DNA of 41,554 nt, from positions 1-41,554 of the forward strand of contig CAYHNV010000004.1 of NCBI GenBank assembly GCA_964358065.1, given 5' to 3'. Below are positions 1 to 10,741 of the stretch, in pieces (positions within the stretch are counted from its first letter, which is position 1; every line of letters starts with the position of its first letter). The notes below the pieces were generated by a model. It was not told where the DNA came from and ran no database searches. It saw only the letters and a program-made list of their open reading frames with translations. A program made the position numbers and the translations under genes. Source of the DNA: an uncultured Elusimicrobia bacterium (lineage in GTDB: Bacteria > Elusimicrobiota > Elusimicrobia > UBA1565 > UBA9628).

Positions 1-3000
1 TTGCCCCGGGCGCGGCTTTTGTTCAGCCAGGCGACGACGCAGGCTCAGCGCGGCCAGGCCCTCGCCGCTTTGAGCCGGGCCGCCGCGGCCGCGCCGGCCG
101 ACGTTTGGGACAAGCGGCCGGCCGCGCAGTTGAGCGAATGGGACGTCGCCCGGGCCCTCTTGCCGGGCGAGGCGCTGAAGGTCGTGGGTCCGGTCTCTTC
201 CGTTGCGATGACCTCCGACCGAGGCGTCATCGTCCTCGGCGGTCCCGGCGGAGGCGTTGTCTTCCGCCGCGACGCGGCCGGCCGATACGCCGCGGCCGAG
301 CCGGCGATTCCAGACGCCGTCCGTTCCGTGGCGGTGACTCCTGATGGCCGCGTCATTGTCATGGGAGATCAGGTCTTCCGGGACGGCCGGCGGCATGCTT
401 TGCCGCTGCCGGAGGGCTTCGACGGGGAGAAAATAACCGCCGTGACCATCACGCCCGACGGCCGGACCCTCGTCATCGCGGGCCTCTTTGGGCAGCATGT
501 CCTGGGCTGGGACGACGCTCAAGGCTACATATTCACTCAGTCACTGTATGTGAAGCATGTCGTCAGCGCCTCGGCCGTCACCTCCGACGGTCGGACCATC
601 GTTCTTGGCGGCTGGAGCGGCCCCTCCGTCTTCCGGGATGGCCGTCAACTGGCCCTGTCCGGACCGGAGTTTTTATCAGCAAGGACCGGAGCCGTGGCGC
701 TCACGCCCGACGGCAAGACTTTGGTCGTGGGCCTTAGGCCTGGGGGGGCGGCCGTGTGGGTCTGGAACGAGGCGGCGCAAGCTTATCTCGCCGGCCCCGA
801 GCTGAGTTCGATTGACGCGATCAGGGCCTTGGCCGGCACGCCCGACGGTCGGACCATCATTGCGGGCGCCGGTCCTCATATCCGCTGCTATGCGCTCGAT
901 GAGGGGGCGCGGCGATATCAGAATGTCGCCGGCGTGCTGCATGACCACGACGTCGCCTCCTTCGCCGTCGCCGATGACGGCCGCACGCTCGCGGTCGGCG
1001 CCAAGGACGGCGTCAAGGTCTATTCGTTCAAGCCGTTCATCGTCCGGGACGCGAAGACGGCGGTCGTGCTGGAGGACGGGCGCGCATTGGACCGCCGGCG
1101 GCTGCCCGATTTGGTCGAGGTCCCCGCCGTGTCCGCGCGCCGGCCGTTGCAGGCCCTTCAGGCGGCCCAGTCTGATTACGTCATGGCGAACGACGACGCC
1201 CAGCGCGCCGGGGCCCTGGCCCAGGCCGCGCGAGTGCTCCAAGCCCACGACCGTGACTTCCCCTGGCAAATGCGGCCGGCGGGTCAATTGAAGGAGCTGG
1301 AGCCGGCCAAGGCCGTCACCCTTCGGGAAGAGCTTCCCACCTTTTCAGAAACCGTCTCGCGTGACAGCATGCATTTAGGCGTCATCAAGTCTTTGGATGA
1401 AGAGACGGTCTTGGTTCGAGGTCGCGGCGAGCAAATCCGGATATATAAACGCGACGGCGCGGGCTACCGAAATATCATCGCTCGTCGGCTTATGGGCAGC
1501 TTCCCCGCTCTCAGCCCCGATGGAAAGCGCCTCGTCATCGCCAACGGGTACAAAGGCGCCATTCAAATCTATCGCGTGGAGGACTCGGGCCTTGCCCTCC
1601 TTCACGAACTGCCCGGTCAAGAGAAGGATATCGCGGGCCTGGCCCTGAGCGATGATTTGAACGTCGTTTTCGTGGCCAAAAAGACCGGTCTCACTGATTA
1701 TTCATTGGGGGCCTATCGCGGGACTCGGAGGCTGTGGACGAAGCCCTTGACTATGGTGCCGAGCAAGATCATCCCCTCGGCCGATGGAAGAACCTTGGTC
1801 GTCAGGTATTATGAACGACATGCGGCGGACCCCGAGATACTCCATTGGGACGGCGTCGCCGGCGCTCCGTCTTCCGCATCCATACGGGAATGGTTGCACG
1901 CGGGCAACAGGCACGAGGTCCCGATTCTGATCTCCGCCGCAGGAACGATCTGGTTCGCCCAACGTGAGCCCAACTTCCGACAATCCATTGTCAGAGCCCT
2001 GCGCTGGGATGTGCCCGCCGGGAAATACGTCGCTGTTTCGCATTGGTTGGTCGATGCGCCTATCGAGGACATCGCCGTCAGCCGGGATGAGAGGACCGTG
2101 CTCCTTCGTTTGCCGGAAGCCGTGGCGGCCTTCCAACGCGACGGTGACAACTGGGATTATCGGCCGGCGTGGCGCACGGGCCGCATTCCCGCTCGCACCG
2201 GCTTTCTCTCCGTCATGGGGCGGGATCGTTTCGCGATCCAGGGTCTCAAGGACACGCTCGATCTTTACGCCCCGCAGGCCCATCTCATGAAGGACGAGAC
2301 GACCATGGTCGTTTCGGACACCGGCCGCGAACTGCCCCGCTCCGTCTTGCCCGAAGAGGTCGTGGCCCTGCCCGAGGCCGTCCTGCCGGCGCCGCGAGCG
2401 CGGCCGTTTGCCCCGCGCTACGGCGGCAAGCCCTTTTTCTTTGCCGCCGATGAGAAAGGGCGCGTGCGCCTCAATTACCAGGGACGCTGGTTTGAGACCC
2501 GGCACCGTCTGCTGCGGTCCGGGGCCGCGCCGGGGGAGTTGGCGCTCTCGGACATCCAGCACCCCTATGCCGTGCCGGCGCGGCCGTTGGCCGAGTCCGA
2601 CTTCCTGCTGGAGACGCCCGAGCTCGCCGAGATCGAGGGCGGCGTGCTGGGCGCCCAGCGCGCGGGGCGCGCGACGGCGCTTGTCGGCGGCTCCGGCGCG
2701 GGCAAGACCGCGATCGCGCGCGAGGTCGCGCTCCTGCGCGGCCTGCCGCTGTTCGTTTTCCAGATGCACGGCGAGCGCGAGCTCGCCGACCTCATCGGCG
2801 GCTACCGCGAGGACGCCGAGGGCCGGCTGCGCCTGACGACCCGGACGCCGCTGCTCGACCTGATCGCCCGCGGCGGGGTGTTCGTGCTCGACGAGGGCGC
2901 CGTCGGCGAGCGCGGGCGCGAGCTCCTGAGCTGGTTCGCGGGCCTGACGACCGGCGGCGCGCGCGAGATCGTCCTGCAGGAGTTTCCAGGTCGCGAGCGG

Positions 3001-6000
3001 CGCATCGCCGTCCACCCTGACTTCAGCCTGGTGATCACCGGCAACCTGCCCGAGGAGACCGTCGGGCGCCTGCACCCCAAGAGCGAGGTCACGAGCGCCG
3101 TCCATGTCCTGCGCGTGAGCGACGACGACGCTCCCGAGACGTTGGCGCGGCTGTTCGCGCATTTCCTGGGACCGGTCGCGGCCGCACCCGCGGACGTCGC
3201 GCGCTGGGGCAAGGTCGTCGCGGAGCTGCATCATGCGCTGAAGCCCGCCATCGGCAAGGAGCTGGGCAAGGACGGGCGTGATCGCTACTATCTCTCCAAG
3301 CGCGAGGTCCGCCGCGTCGCGGCCCAACTGCGCCGCGCCTTGGCCGAGCGCCCCGCCGACGACGCGGGTTTCGCCTTCTACGAAGCCCTGCGGACCGTCT
3401 ACGAGGGCATGTTCCCGCATCCCGAGGAGCGCGCCTTCGTGCGCGGCAAGCTCGCCCCCAGCCCGCTGGCCTCGGAGTTCGATCGGCGTATCGCCCGGGA
3501 GGCGGGCGCGCTTTTTCCGAACGCCGCGACCGAAGACGAGGCCCGGGTCTCGGCGTTGACGCGGCGACTCTTCGAGCAGGGCGAGCCGGTGCTGCACTTA
3601 GTCGAGCGCGGCGCGCGTTCCGGGGCGGTGGCGCGGGCCGCGGCGGCGTCGCTGTCGGCGCGCCTTGAGCCCGTCGACGCCGCACCCGAGCATGGCGAGC
3701 TCGAACTGCTCGGCGGGCTTCTGCCGCGCTTCGGCGCGCGCAGCGCGGGCGCTCCGCGCGCGCGCCTGGCGCGCGGCAAGCTCACCCGATACCTGCTCAC
3801 GGCCCCGGAGCTTGAGGCACTCGCGCGTTCCCCCGCCAAGCCCCAGCCCGTTGTGTTGTGGCTGCGCAATGTCGACCAGTGGAACGAGGAAATCCGCACG
3901 GCGCTCAATGGACTGCTGGAAGACGGCTACCTCGACCTCGAAGATGAGAGCGGGAGCGTCGTCCGTCTGCACCGGCCGCCGCACCTGCACCTGCTTGCGG
4001 AGATGCCGGCCGACTCGACGCAGGAGTTCTCCGCGGCCTTCTTTAATCGCTGGGTCAAGGTCGGCGTCGCGCGCGATGACGCGGGGTCCTTTGCGTCCGT
4101 CCTGCGCTCGGTCTACGGCCTCGACGCTCTCCAGGCGCACTGGACGGCCGGTCTTTACGGCGCCTTATCCACGCTCGACGCCGAGCGCCGCTGGAGCGAC
4201 CGCGGCCGCTACGACTTCGGGCCGACCTCGTTCTTCGCGCTGGCCGACGCCCTGCGCGCGGCCAAGAGCGAGGCCCGCCTCGAGGGCCGCCGCGCCGCCG
4301 CCGAGACCTTCGCGCGCGAGGCGCGCCGACTCGTGGCCGCGCGTTTGCACGACGACCCACGCGCCGACGAGGTCCCGGATACCCGGCGCTTCGAGCAAGC
4401 CCTGTCCGCCGTCCTTGGTTCGGCGCCGCCGCCGGCCGTGCCCCCGCGCCTTGCCGTCGAGGACGGGAGACTCTCTTCGATCGACGGGGTCTCCGTGCGG
4501 CCGGGGCGTCCGCTGGGGGCGGCCCTGCGCGAGACCGGCGTGCGCCTGACGCCGAGGATCGCGTCCGCTTTGGCCGTGCTCGCGCGCGCCGATGGGCTGG
4601 GCCGCGTGACCGCGCTCGTGGGGGAGACCGGCGCGGCCAAGACCAGCGTGGCGGCTCTGTGGGCCGCGCTGACCGGCCGTCGTTTCTACAAATATCAGGC
4701 GCACGCGGGCAGCGAGTCGTCCGATCTCACCGTCGACATCGAGCAGGACGAGTCGGGAGAGTTCCGTAAGCGCGTCAAGGACTTCTATCGCGTCCTGCGC
4801 GAGGGCCGCGTCGTGATCGACATCGACGAAGCCAACATCGCCCCTTGGGTGCTGTGGACGCTCGAGCCGCTGCTGCGCGGCGAGAGCCGCGTACACCCGA
4901 TCTTCCCCGAAGAGGAGTCTTTTGCGATCGGCGACGGCGTCCAGGTCGTGATGACCTTCAACCCCGCGCGCTACTCGGCGCGCAGCGCGATCGACCCGCG
5001 CATCATGGAGAACTCAATCGTCGCGTGGATGGATCTTGCCGCGCCCGAGGACGCGGCGCGCGTCGTGGAGTCGTTCTACGGCGTCTGGGAGGAGGGGCCG
5101 CCGCCCTCCGTGCCCGCGCCCGCGCGCGCGGCGGAAACGGTCCCGGTCGCACCGGTCGGGCCGCAAGCCCGCGCGCGCGGCGACCGCGACATGATCGCGG
5201 GCCGGGAGACCTTCGATGAGTCCCTGCCCGCGCCCGTGCCGCCGCGTGAAGGCCGCAAGCCCGCGCGCGGGGTGTTCACGCCCGAGCTGTTCCCGCACAC
5301 GCGTCTGCAGGCCTACGACCTCTACGACGTCGCGACCGAGGAGTGGACTCGTTCGGGCGCGCTCACGGCCGTGGCCGCGCCGGCCCCGTTCGGGGCCGAG
5401 GCCCGCGCCCGGCAATTGCGCGCGACCCATGATCTTTTCGAGGGCCGCGTCGTTCTCGACCTCGGTTCCGACTGGCAGGTCTTGCCCGCGGCCGGCCCCG
5501 GGATGGAATTCCTTGCGCTGAGCGCCCGCGGCCTCGGCGGCGGTCGCGTCTCCCCCGTTCTCGAACTGGCGAAGGACTCGGCCGACAACTATTATGTGCG
5601 CGCCAAGACACGGGTCACGGCCGAACTGCGCTACCGCGTCGCCGTGCCGGCGTCCTATTTTGGACGCCCCGTGGCCGAGGGATTGCCTTTCCGCGCTCCG
5701 GCCTCTATTCCTGCGGAAGTGCGCCAGGCGCTGGGCCTCATGGGCCTCAGCGGCGCGGAGACCGACTTCCGCGTCGTCTTGCACGCCTTGGTCGATTACT
5801 TCCGCGGCTTCTCGCTTGAGGAGAACGGGATCAAGCGTCACGGCGGCTCGCTGTATCTTGACCTTGTGCTTTCCAAGTCCGGCGTCTGCCGTCACCGCGC
5901 TTTCGCCTTCGCGCGCACCGCCCTGGGCTTGGGCATTCCCGTTCGCTACGTCGAGTCCGATATCCACGCCTGGGCCGAGATTCTGGTTCCCGGCCGCGGC

Positions 6001-7185
6001 TGGCAGCGCATCGACCTGGGCGGCGGCGGCGACCCCATGAGCATGGACCTGGCCTCTCTGGCGGGCGAGCGCCACCAGCCGCGCCACAACGACGGTTTGC
6101 CCGAGCCCGAGGAACATCGCCGCAACGCCGAGGGCTACGCTCAGCGCACGCAAAAGGCCTTGGAACGGCAGGGCATCGAGCAACACTGCGGCGGCGGCGC
6201 CTGCAAGGCCGGTTCGGGATCGGGAGAGGAGGGCGCCAAGAGCCTCGCCGCGGACTCCGCGCGCATGAACCGGGAGATCAAAAATCTCGACCGAGCGCTG
6301 GCCAAGGACGCCCTCCTGCACGATGAACTGGCGCCGCTGTTCGCCAGCGGCCGCGGCGACACGCAATTCGTCTTCGACCGGATGCTGCGCGCCCTGCAGG
6401 ACCGCGTGCGCATCGTCAAACTCAAGGTCAAGCGCGGCTTGGAGATCGATCCGCTGGCCTTCATGCTGCGCAAGCCAAAACCCTTCGTCAAGCGCAAGCG
6501 TGAGGAGAAGCTCCAGACGACGGCGGCCGCCGTCCTGCTCGATTTCAGCGGCAGCATGATCGGCGTCAAAACGCAGCTCGCCTACACGATCGCCGCCGTC
6601 GGCGACAATTTCTGGAGGCTGCGCGAGGCCGCCCCGGAGCACTTCTTCTACGATCTCTCCGAGTTTACCCGCACGCCCACGACCTCCGTCAAAATGGGCG
6701 CGCGCGTGAGCGCTCAAGACAACGCCGACCGCCTTGTGGCCATGGCCAACCGCGCCGGCGAAGGCGGCACCGATATCTGCGCCGCGCTCGAGTCCAAGCT
6801 CCGAGACTTCCTCGCCTCGCGCCGGGCGCACGCCGCCCGCGTCAAGTACGTGGTGCTCTACACCGACGGCGCCGACGAGGGCGCGGTCCATTCCGTTGAC
6901 GGCCGCCCACGGTTGACGCAGCGCGCCGAGAGCCTGTTGGAGAGCTATGCCCGGGCCGGCATCGACGTGATCGTCATCGGCTACGGTCCGGCCGCCGAGC
7001 AGGTCCGGGCCTTCGACGGCCCCGGCCGGCACCATGTGCGCATTGACGCCTCGCGCAGCGAGGACATCGCCGAGGCCATCGCCAAGATCGCCGAACTCAA
7101 GGGCCGCGGCGCCGGCCGTCTGCCGGACGGCGAGCTCAACTCCCTGCTCCAGATCGCGCCCCATCCGGGGCCTATTCTTGACTAA
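1..7185 (+). CDS. Giant multidomain protein, 5'-truncated: WD40-like beta-propellers, 3 MoxR/midasin-like AAA+ modules, transglutaminase-like domain, VWA (MIDAS)
   Basis: Frame is open from the window edge to TAA 7183-7185. Repeated blades 'V.SVA.T.DGR.IV.G' at ~190-1030 and ~1380-2270. Walker A GGSGAGKT 2686-2709 with Walker B VFVLDEG. Second module lacks a Walker A Lys. Walker A GETGAAKT 4621-4644 with VIDIDEAN. GVCRHRA / HAWAEI / GWQRID triad at 5887, 5965, 6013. MIDAS DFSGS 6541-6555, GGT 6763-6771, YTDG 6859-6870. Confidence 0.85.
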   Translation: MPRARLLFSQATTQAQRGQALAALSRAAAAAPADVWDKRPAAQLSEWDVARALLPGEALKVVGPVSSVAMTSDRGVIVLGGPGGGVVFRRDAAGRYAAAEPAIPDAVRSVAVTPDGRVIVMGDQVFRDGRRHALPLPEGFDGEKITAVTITPDGRTLVIAGLFGQHVLGWDDAQGYIFTQSLYVKHVVSASAVTSDGRTIVLGGWSGPSVFRDGRQLALSGPEFLSARTGAVALTPDGKTLVVGLRPGGAAVWVWNEAAQAYLAGPELSSIDAIRALAGTPDGRTIIAGAGPHIRCYALDEGARRYQNVAGVLHDHDVASFAVADDGRTLAVGAKDGVKVYSFKPFIVRDAKTAVVLEDGRALDRRRLPDLVEVPAVSARRPLQALQAAQSDYVMANDDAQRAGALAQAARVLQAHDRDFPWQMRPAGQLKELEPAKAVTLREELPTFSETVSRDSMHLGVIKSLDEETVLVRGRGEQIRIYKRDGAGYRNIIARRLMGSFPALSPDGKRLVIANGYKGAIQIYRVEDSGLALLHELPGQEKDIAGLALSDDLNVVFVAKKTGLTDYSLGAYRGTRRLWTKPLTMVPSKIIPSADGRTLVVRYYERHAADPEILHWDGVAGAPSSASIREWLHAGNRHEVPILISAAGTIWFAQREPNFRQSIVRALRWDVPAGKYVAVSHWLVDAPIEDIAVSRDERTVLLRLPEAVAAFQRDGDNWDYRPAWRTGRIPARTGFLSVMGRDRFAIQGLKDTLDLYAPQAHLMKDETTMVVSDTGRELPRSVLPEEVVALPEAVLPAPRARPFAPRYGGKPFFFAADEKGRVRLNYQGRWFETRHRLLRSGAAPGELALSDIQHPYAVPARPLAESDFLLETPELAEIEGGVLGAQRAGRATALVGGSGAGKTAIAREVALLRGLPLFVFQMHGERELADLIGGYREDAEGRLRLTTRTPLLDLIARGGVFVLDEGAVGERGRELLSWFAGLTTGGAREIVLQEFPGRERRIAVHPDFSLVITGNLPEETVGRLHPKSEVTSAVHVLRVSDDDAPETLARLFAHFLGPVAAAPADVARWGKVVAELHHALKPAIGKELGKDGRDRYYLSKREVRRVAAQLRRALAERPADDAGFAFYEALRTVYEGMFPHPEERAFVRGKLAPSPLASEFDRRIAREAGALFPNAATEDEARVSALTRRLFEQGEPVLHLVERGARSGAVARAAAASLSARLEPVDAAPEHGELELLGGLLPRFGARSAGAPRARLARGKLTRYLLTAPELEALARSPAKPQPVVLWLRNVDQWNEEIRTALNGLLEDGYLDLEDESGSVVRLHRPPHLHLLAEMPADSTQEFSAAFFNRWVKVGVARDDAGSFASVLRSVYGLDALQAHWTAGLYGALSTLDAERRWSDRGRYDFGPTSFFALADALRAAKSEARLEGRRAAAETFAREARRLVAARLHDDPRADEVPDTRRFEQALSAVLGSAPPPAVPPRLAVEDGRLSSIDGVSVRPGRPLGAALRETGVRLTPRIASALAVLARADGLGRVTALVGETGAAKTSVAALWAALTGRRFYKYQAHAGSESSDLTVDIEQDESGEFRKRVKDFYRVLREGRVVIDIDEANIAPWVLWTLEPLLRGESRVHPIFPEEESFAIGDGVQVVMTFNPARYSARSAIDPRIMENSIVAWMDLAAPEDAARVVESFYGVWEEGPPPSVPAPARAAETVPVAPVGPQARARGDRDMIAGRETFDESLPAPVPPREGRKPARGVFTPELFPHTRLQAYDLYDVATEEWTRSGALTAVAAPAPFGAEARARQLRATHDLFEGRVVLDLGSDWQVLPAAGPGMEFLALSARGLGGGRVSPVLELAKDSADNYYVRAKTRVTAELRYRVAVPASYFGRPVAEGLPFRAPASIPAEVRQALGLMGLSGAETDFRVVLHALVDYFRGFSLEENGIKRHGGSLYLDLVLSKSGVCRHRAFAFARTALGLGIPVRYVESDIHAWAEILVPGRGWQRIDLGGGGDPMSMDLASLAGERHQPRHNDGLPEPEEHRRNAEGYAQRTQKALERQGIEQHCGGGACKAGSGSGEEGAKSLAADSARMNREIKNLDRALAKDALLHDELAPLFASGRGDTQFVFDRMLRALQDRVRIVKLKVKRGLEIDPLAFMLRKPKPFVKRKREEKLQTTAAAVLLDFSGSMIGVKTQLAYTIAAVGDNFWRLREAAPEHFFYDLSEFTRTPTTSVKMGARVSAQDNADRLVAMANRAGEGGTDICAALESKLRDFLASRRAHAARVKYVVLYTDGADEGAVHSVDGRPRLTQRAESLLESYARAGIDVIVIGYGPAAEQVRAFDGPGRHHVRIDASRSEDIAEAIAKIAELKGRGAGRLPDGELNSLLQIAPHPGPILD

Positions 7186-7198
7186 AAAGGTCAGGTAT
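7174..7198. promoter_or_regulatory. Rrf2/IscR type-1-like operator overlapping the suf -35
   Basis: ATTCTTGACTAAAAAGGTCAGGTAT, an imperfect palindrome (TGAC-N7-GTCA core). Matches 22/25 positions of the E. coli IscR type-1 consensus as I recall it (ATASYYGACTRWWWYAGTCRRSTAT). An rrf2 gene lies in the operon. Confidence 0.75.
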
Positions 7199-7206
7199 GG
7201 TAAACT
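7178..7206 (+). promoter_or_regulatory. sigma70-type promoter of the suf operon
   Basis: TTGACT (7178-7183), 17 nt spacer ending in TG-G, then TAAACT (7201-7206). SD AAGGAG precedes ATG 7237. Confidence 0.75.
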
Positions 7207-7236
7207 GGGGGTGTTCCCTCGCGAACAAGGAGCATC

Positions 7237-8676
7237 ATGACCAATCAGGACGTCAAAGACCTGGCGGGCCGGGAGTACAAGCATGGCTTCCAGTCGGACG
7301 TCGAAGCCGACCAGGTCCCCAAGGGCTTGACCGAGGACACCGTCCGTCTGATCTCGAAGAAGAAGAACGAGCCGGCCTTCATGCTTGCCTGGCGTCTGAA
7401 GGCTTATCAGCACTGGCTCACGATGAAGGAGCCGTCCTGGGCCGCGGTCGACTACCCGAAGATCGACTACCAGGGCATCATCTGCTATTCAGCGCCGAAG
7501 CCCAAGAAGAAGCTGGATTCGATGGACGAGGTGGATCCTGAGATTCGCGCGACTTTCGAGAAGCTTGGCATCCCTCTCGAAGAGCAGAAGATGCTGTCCA
7601 ACGTCGCCGTGGACGCCGTTTTCGACAGCGTTTCAGTCGCGACGACCTTCAAAAAAACATTGGCCGAGGCGGGGGTTATTTTTTGCTCTTTCTCGGACGC
7701 CGTCCACGAACATCCCGCTTTGATCGAGAAATATCTCGGTTCGGTCGTGCCGTACACCGACAATTTCTTCGCCACGCTGAACTCCGCAGTCTTCTCCGAC
7801 GGCTCCTTCTGTCATATCCCCAAGGGCGTGAAGTGTCCGATGGAACTGTCGACCTATTTCCGGATCAACGCCAAGGACACGGGACAATTCGAAAGGACGT
7901 TGATCGTGGCCGAGGAAGGCGCGCAGGTCAGCTACCTCGAAGGCTGCACGGCCCCGATGCGCGACGAGAACCAGCTCCATGCGGCCGTCGTCGAGTTGGT
8001 CGCCATGGGCGACGCATCGATCAAGTACTCCACGATCCAGAACTGGTACCCCGGAGACAAGAACGGCAAGGGCGGCATCTACAACTTCGTCACCAAGCGG
8101 GGCAAATGCGCCGGGCCGCGCGCCAAAATCTCCTGGACCCAGGTCGAGACGGGTTCCGCCATCACCTGGAAGTATCCATCCTGCATCCTGCTCGGCGAGG
8201 ATTCGGTCGGGGAGTTCTACTCCGTGGCCTTGACCAACCACCACCAGCAGGCCGACACCGGCACGAAGATGATCCACATCGGCAAGAACACGAGATCGAC
8301 GATCATCTCGAAGGGGATCTCGGCCGGGCACGGGCAAAACACCTACCGCGGGATGGTGCGCATCGCCAAGTCGGCAGTCGGGGCCCGGAATTATTCGCAG
8401 TGCGACAGTCTGCTGCTGGGCGGCGAGTGCGGCGCGCACACCTTTCCGACGCTTGAGGTCGGCAACACCACCGCGACGGTGGAGCATGAGGCTTCGACCT
8501 CGAAGATCGGCGAGGACCAGCTCTTCTACCTGCGCCAGCGCGGCCTCTCCGTCGAGGACGCCGTTGGGATGATCGTCAACGGCTTCTGCAAGCAGGTCTT
8601 CAACGAGCTCCCGCTTGAGTTCGCCGTGGAGGCCCACAAACTCATGAACATCTCCCTCGAAGGGAGCGTCGGTTAA
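7237..8676 (+). CDS. sufB: Fe-S cluster assembly scaffold SufB
   Basis: [71 protein letters not shown]-terminal LEGSVG. Confidence 0.97.
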   Translation: MTNQDVKDLAGREYKHGFQSDVEADQVPKGLTEDTVRLISKKKNEPAFMLAWRLKAYQHWLTMKEPSWAAVDYPKIDYQGIICYSAPKPKKKLDSMDEVDPEIRATFEKLGIPLEEQKMLSNVAVDAVFDSVSVATTFKKTLAEAGVIFCSFSDAVHEHPALIEKYLGSVVPYTDNFFATLNSAVFSDGSFCHIPKGVKCPMELSTYFRINAKDTGQFERTLIVAEEGAQVSYLEGCTAPMRDENQLHAAVVELVAMGDASIKYSTIQNWYPGDKNGKGGIYNFVTKRGKCAGPRAKISWTQVETGSAITWKYPSCILLGEDSVGEFYSVALTNHHQQADTGTKMIHIGKNTRSTIISKGISAGHGQNTYRGMVRIAKSAVGARNYSQCDSLLLGGECGAHTFPTLEVGNTTATVEHEASTSKIGEDQLFYLRQRGLSVEDAVGMIVNGFCKQVFNELPLEFAVEAHKLMNISLEGSVG

Positions 8677-8684
8677 GGAGCCAA

Positions 8685-9436
<752 letters not shown>

Positions 9437-9440
<4 letters not shown>

Positions 9441-10741
9441 CGGAGTTCCTCTCGGCTCTGCGTCCGCCCGCCGGCGGGGTGAGGTGGCTGGACGCCGCGC
9501 GCGAGGCCGCCCTGGCCTCCTTCCGTGCCCGGGGTCTGCCGACCTCGAAGACCGAGGACTGGCGCTTCACGCCGATCGACCCCGTGTCCAAGACTGATTT
9601 CGAGGCGGCCGGACGGCCGCGGGTCCGGGGAGGTTTCGGCAGTCGAGCCCTCTGCCCCATCGCCTTCCACCGCATCGTCGTTCAGAACGGACGCGTCCTT
9701 CCCGGCGGAGAAGGTTCTTCGTATTCGGATCTCCCCGCGGGCGTGCGGGTCCAAAGCCTGGCGTCGGTCCTGCGCGACGACCCGGACTCGCTGAAGACGG
9801 CCTTCTCCCGCGGCTTTGATCAGGACGGCCTTCCTTTCGCCTCGCTCGCGGCGGCTCTGTTCCGGGACGGGGTGCTCATCCGGGTCGCGCGTCATGCGCG
9901 CCTGGACAAGCCGCTGGCCGTGCTCCTCGATTCGGGCGATGGCGACACGGGGCGGCCGCAGATGGCGCATGTGCGCCTTCTGATCGTTCTCGAGGAGGGG
10001 GCCTCGGCGGAGATCGTCGAGGAGTCCGTCGGCTCGTGTCGCGCGCGCTTTTGGACCAATCTGCTGACCCAGGCCGTCCTGGGCGAGGGGGCTTCTCTTA
10101 AGCACTACCGCCTCCAGCGCGAGAACGAATGCGGCATGCAGACCTCGGCGACGTTCGTCGAGGTCGGCGACCGCGCGCGCTATGAGTCTCACGCCTTCAG
10201 CTTCGGCGGGGAACTGCTGCGCAGCGACCTGCGCGTGCGCCTGGCGGGCGCGGGCGCTGAGTGCGCGCTCAACGGCCTTGCCCTGGTTCGCGGCCGGGAG
10301 GTCGTCGACCATCACTCTCGGGTGGAACACGCCTCTCTCAATGGGACCACCCGCCAGCTCTACAAGGCGGTACTCGATGAGAAGGCCCGCTACGTCTTCG
10401 ACGGCCTGGTGGACGTCCGTCCCGGCGCGCAGAAGACGGATGCCTGGGTCTATAACAAGAATCTGCTCGTCAGCGATGGCGCCGAGGTGCGCTCCAACCC
10501 TGAGTTTAAGATTCGTGCCGACGACGTGTCCTGCAAGCACGGCGGCACGATCGGCCAGATGTCTCTCGAGTCCCTGTTCTATCTGCGCTCTCGCGGCGTC
10601 AGCGCCGCGGATGCGCGCCGCATGCTGGTCTATGCCTTCGGCGCCGAGATGATCGAGAGGGTGGCTCTGGACCCCCTGCGCTCCGCGCTGACGGCCGCGC
10701 TCCACGCGCGCATGCCGGAGGCCGTCGAGGAGGCCCCATGA
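9437..10741 (+). CDS. sufD: Fe-S cluster assembly protein SufD
   Basis: ATG 9437 overlaps the sufC stop (ATGA). EDWRFT, beta-helix region, [26 protein letters not shown]. The ORF-track start at 9311 is probably too long. Confidence 0.93.

Noticed and set aside
190-1030. Recurring 'acgcccgacggc'-like DNA repeats as a CRISPR or DGR array
   Set aside because: They are degenerate codons for the TPDG turn of propeller blades within an ORF. There is no fixed repeat-spacer structure and no cas or reverse transcriptase gene in the window.
1702-7413. Long minus-strand ORFs 1702-3597 (631 aa) and 5014-7413 (799 aa)
   Set aside because: Antisense shadows of the giant gene, typical of high-GC codon bias. 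They have no motifs, while the + frame carries all recognisable domains.
7197-7541. 114-aa ORF overlapping the sufB start
   Set aside because: Out-of-frame overlap with sufB that begins inside the promoter, with no recognisable content.
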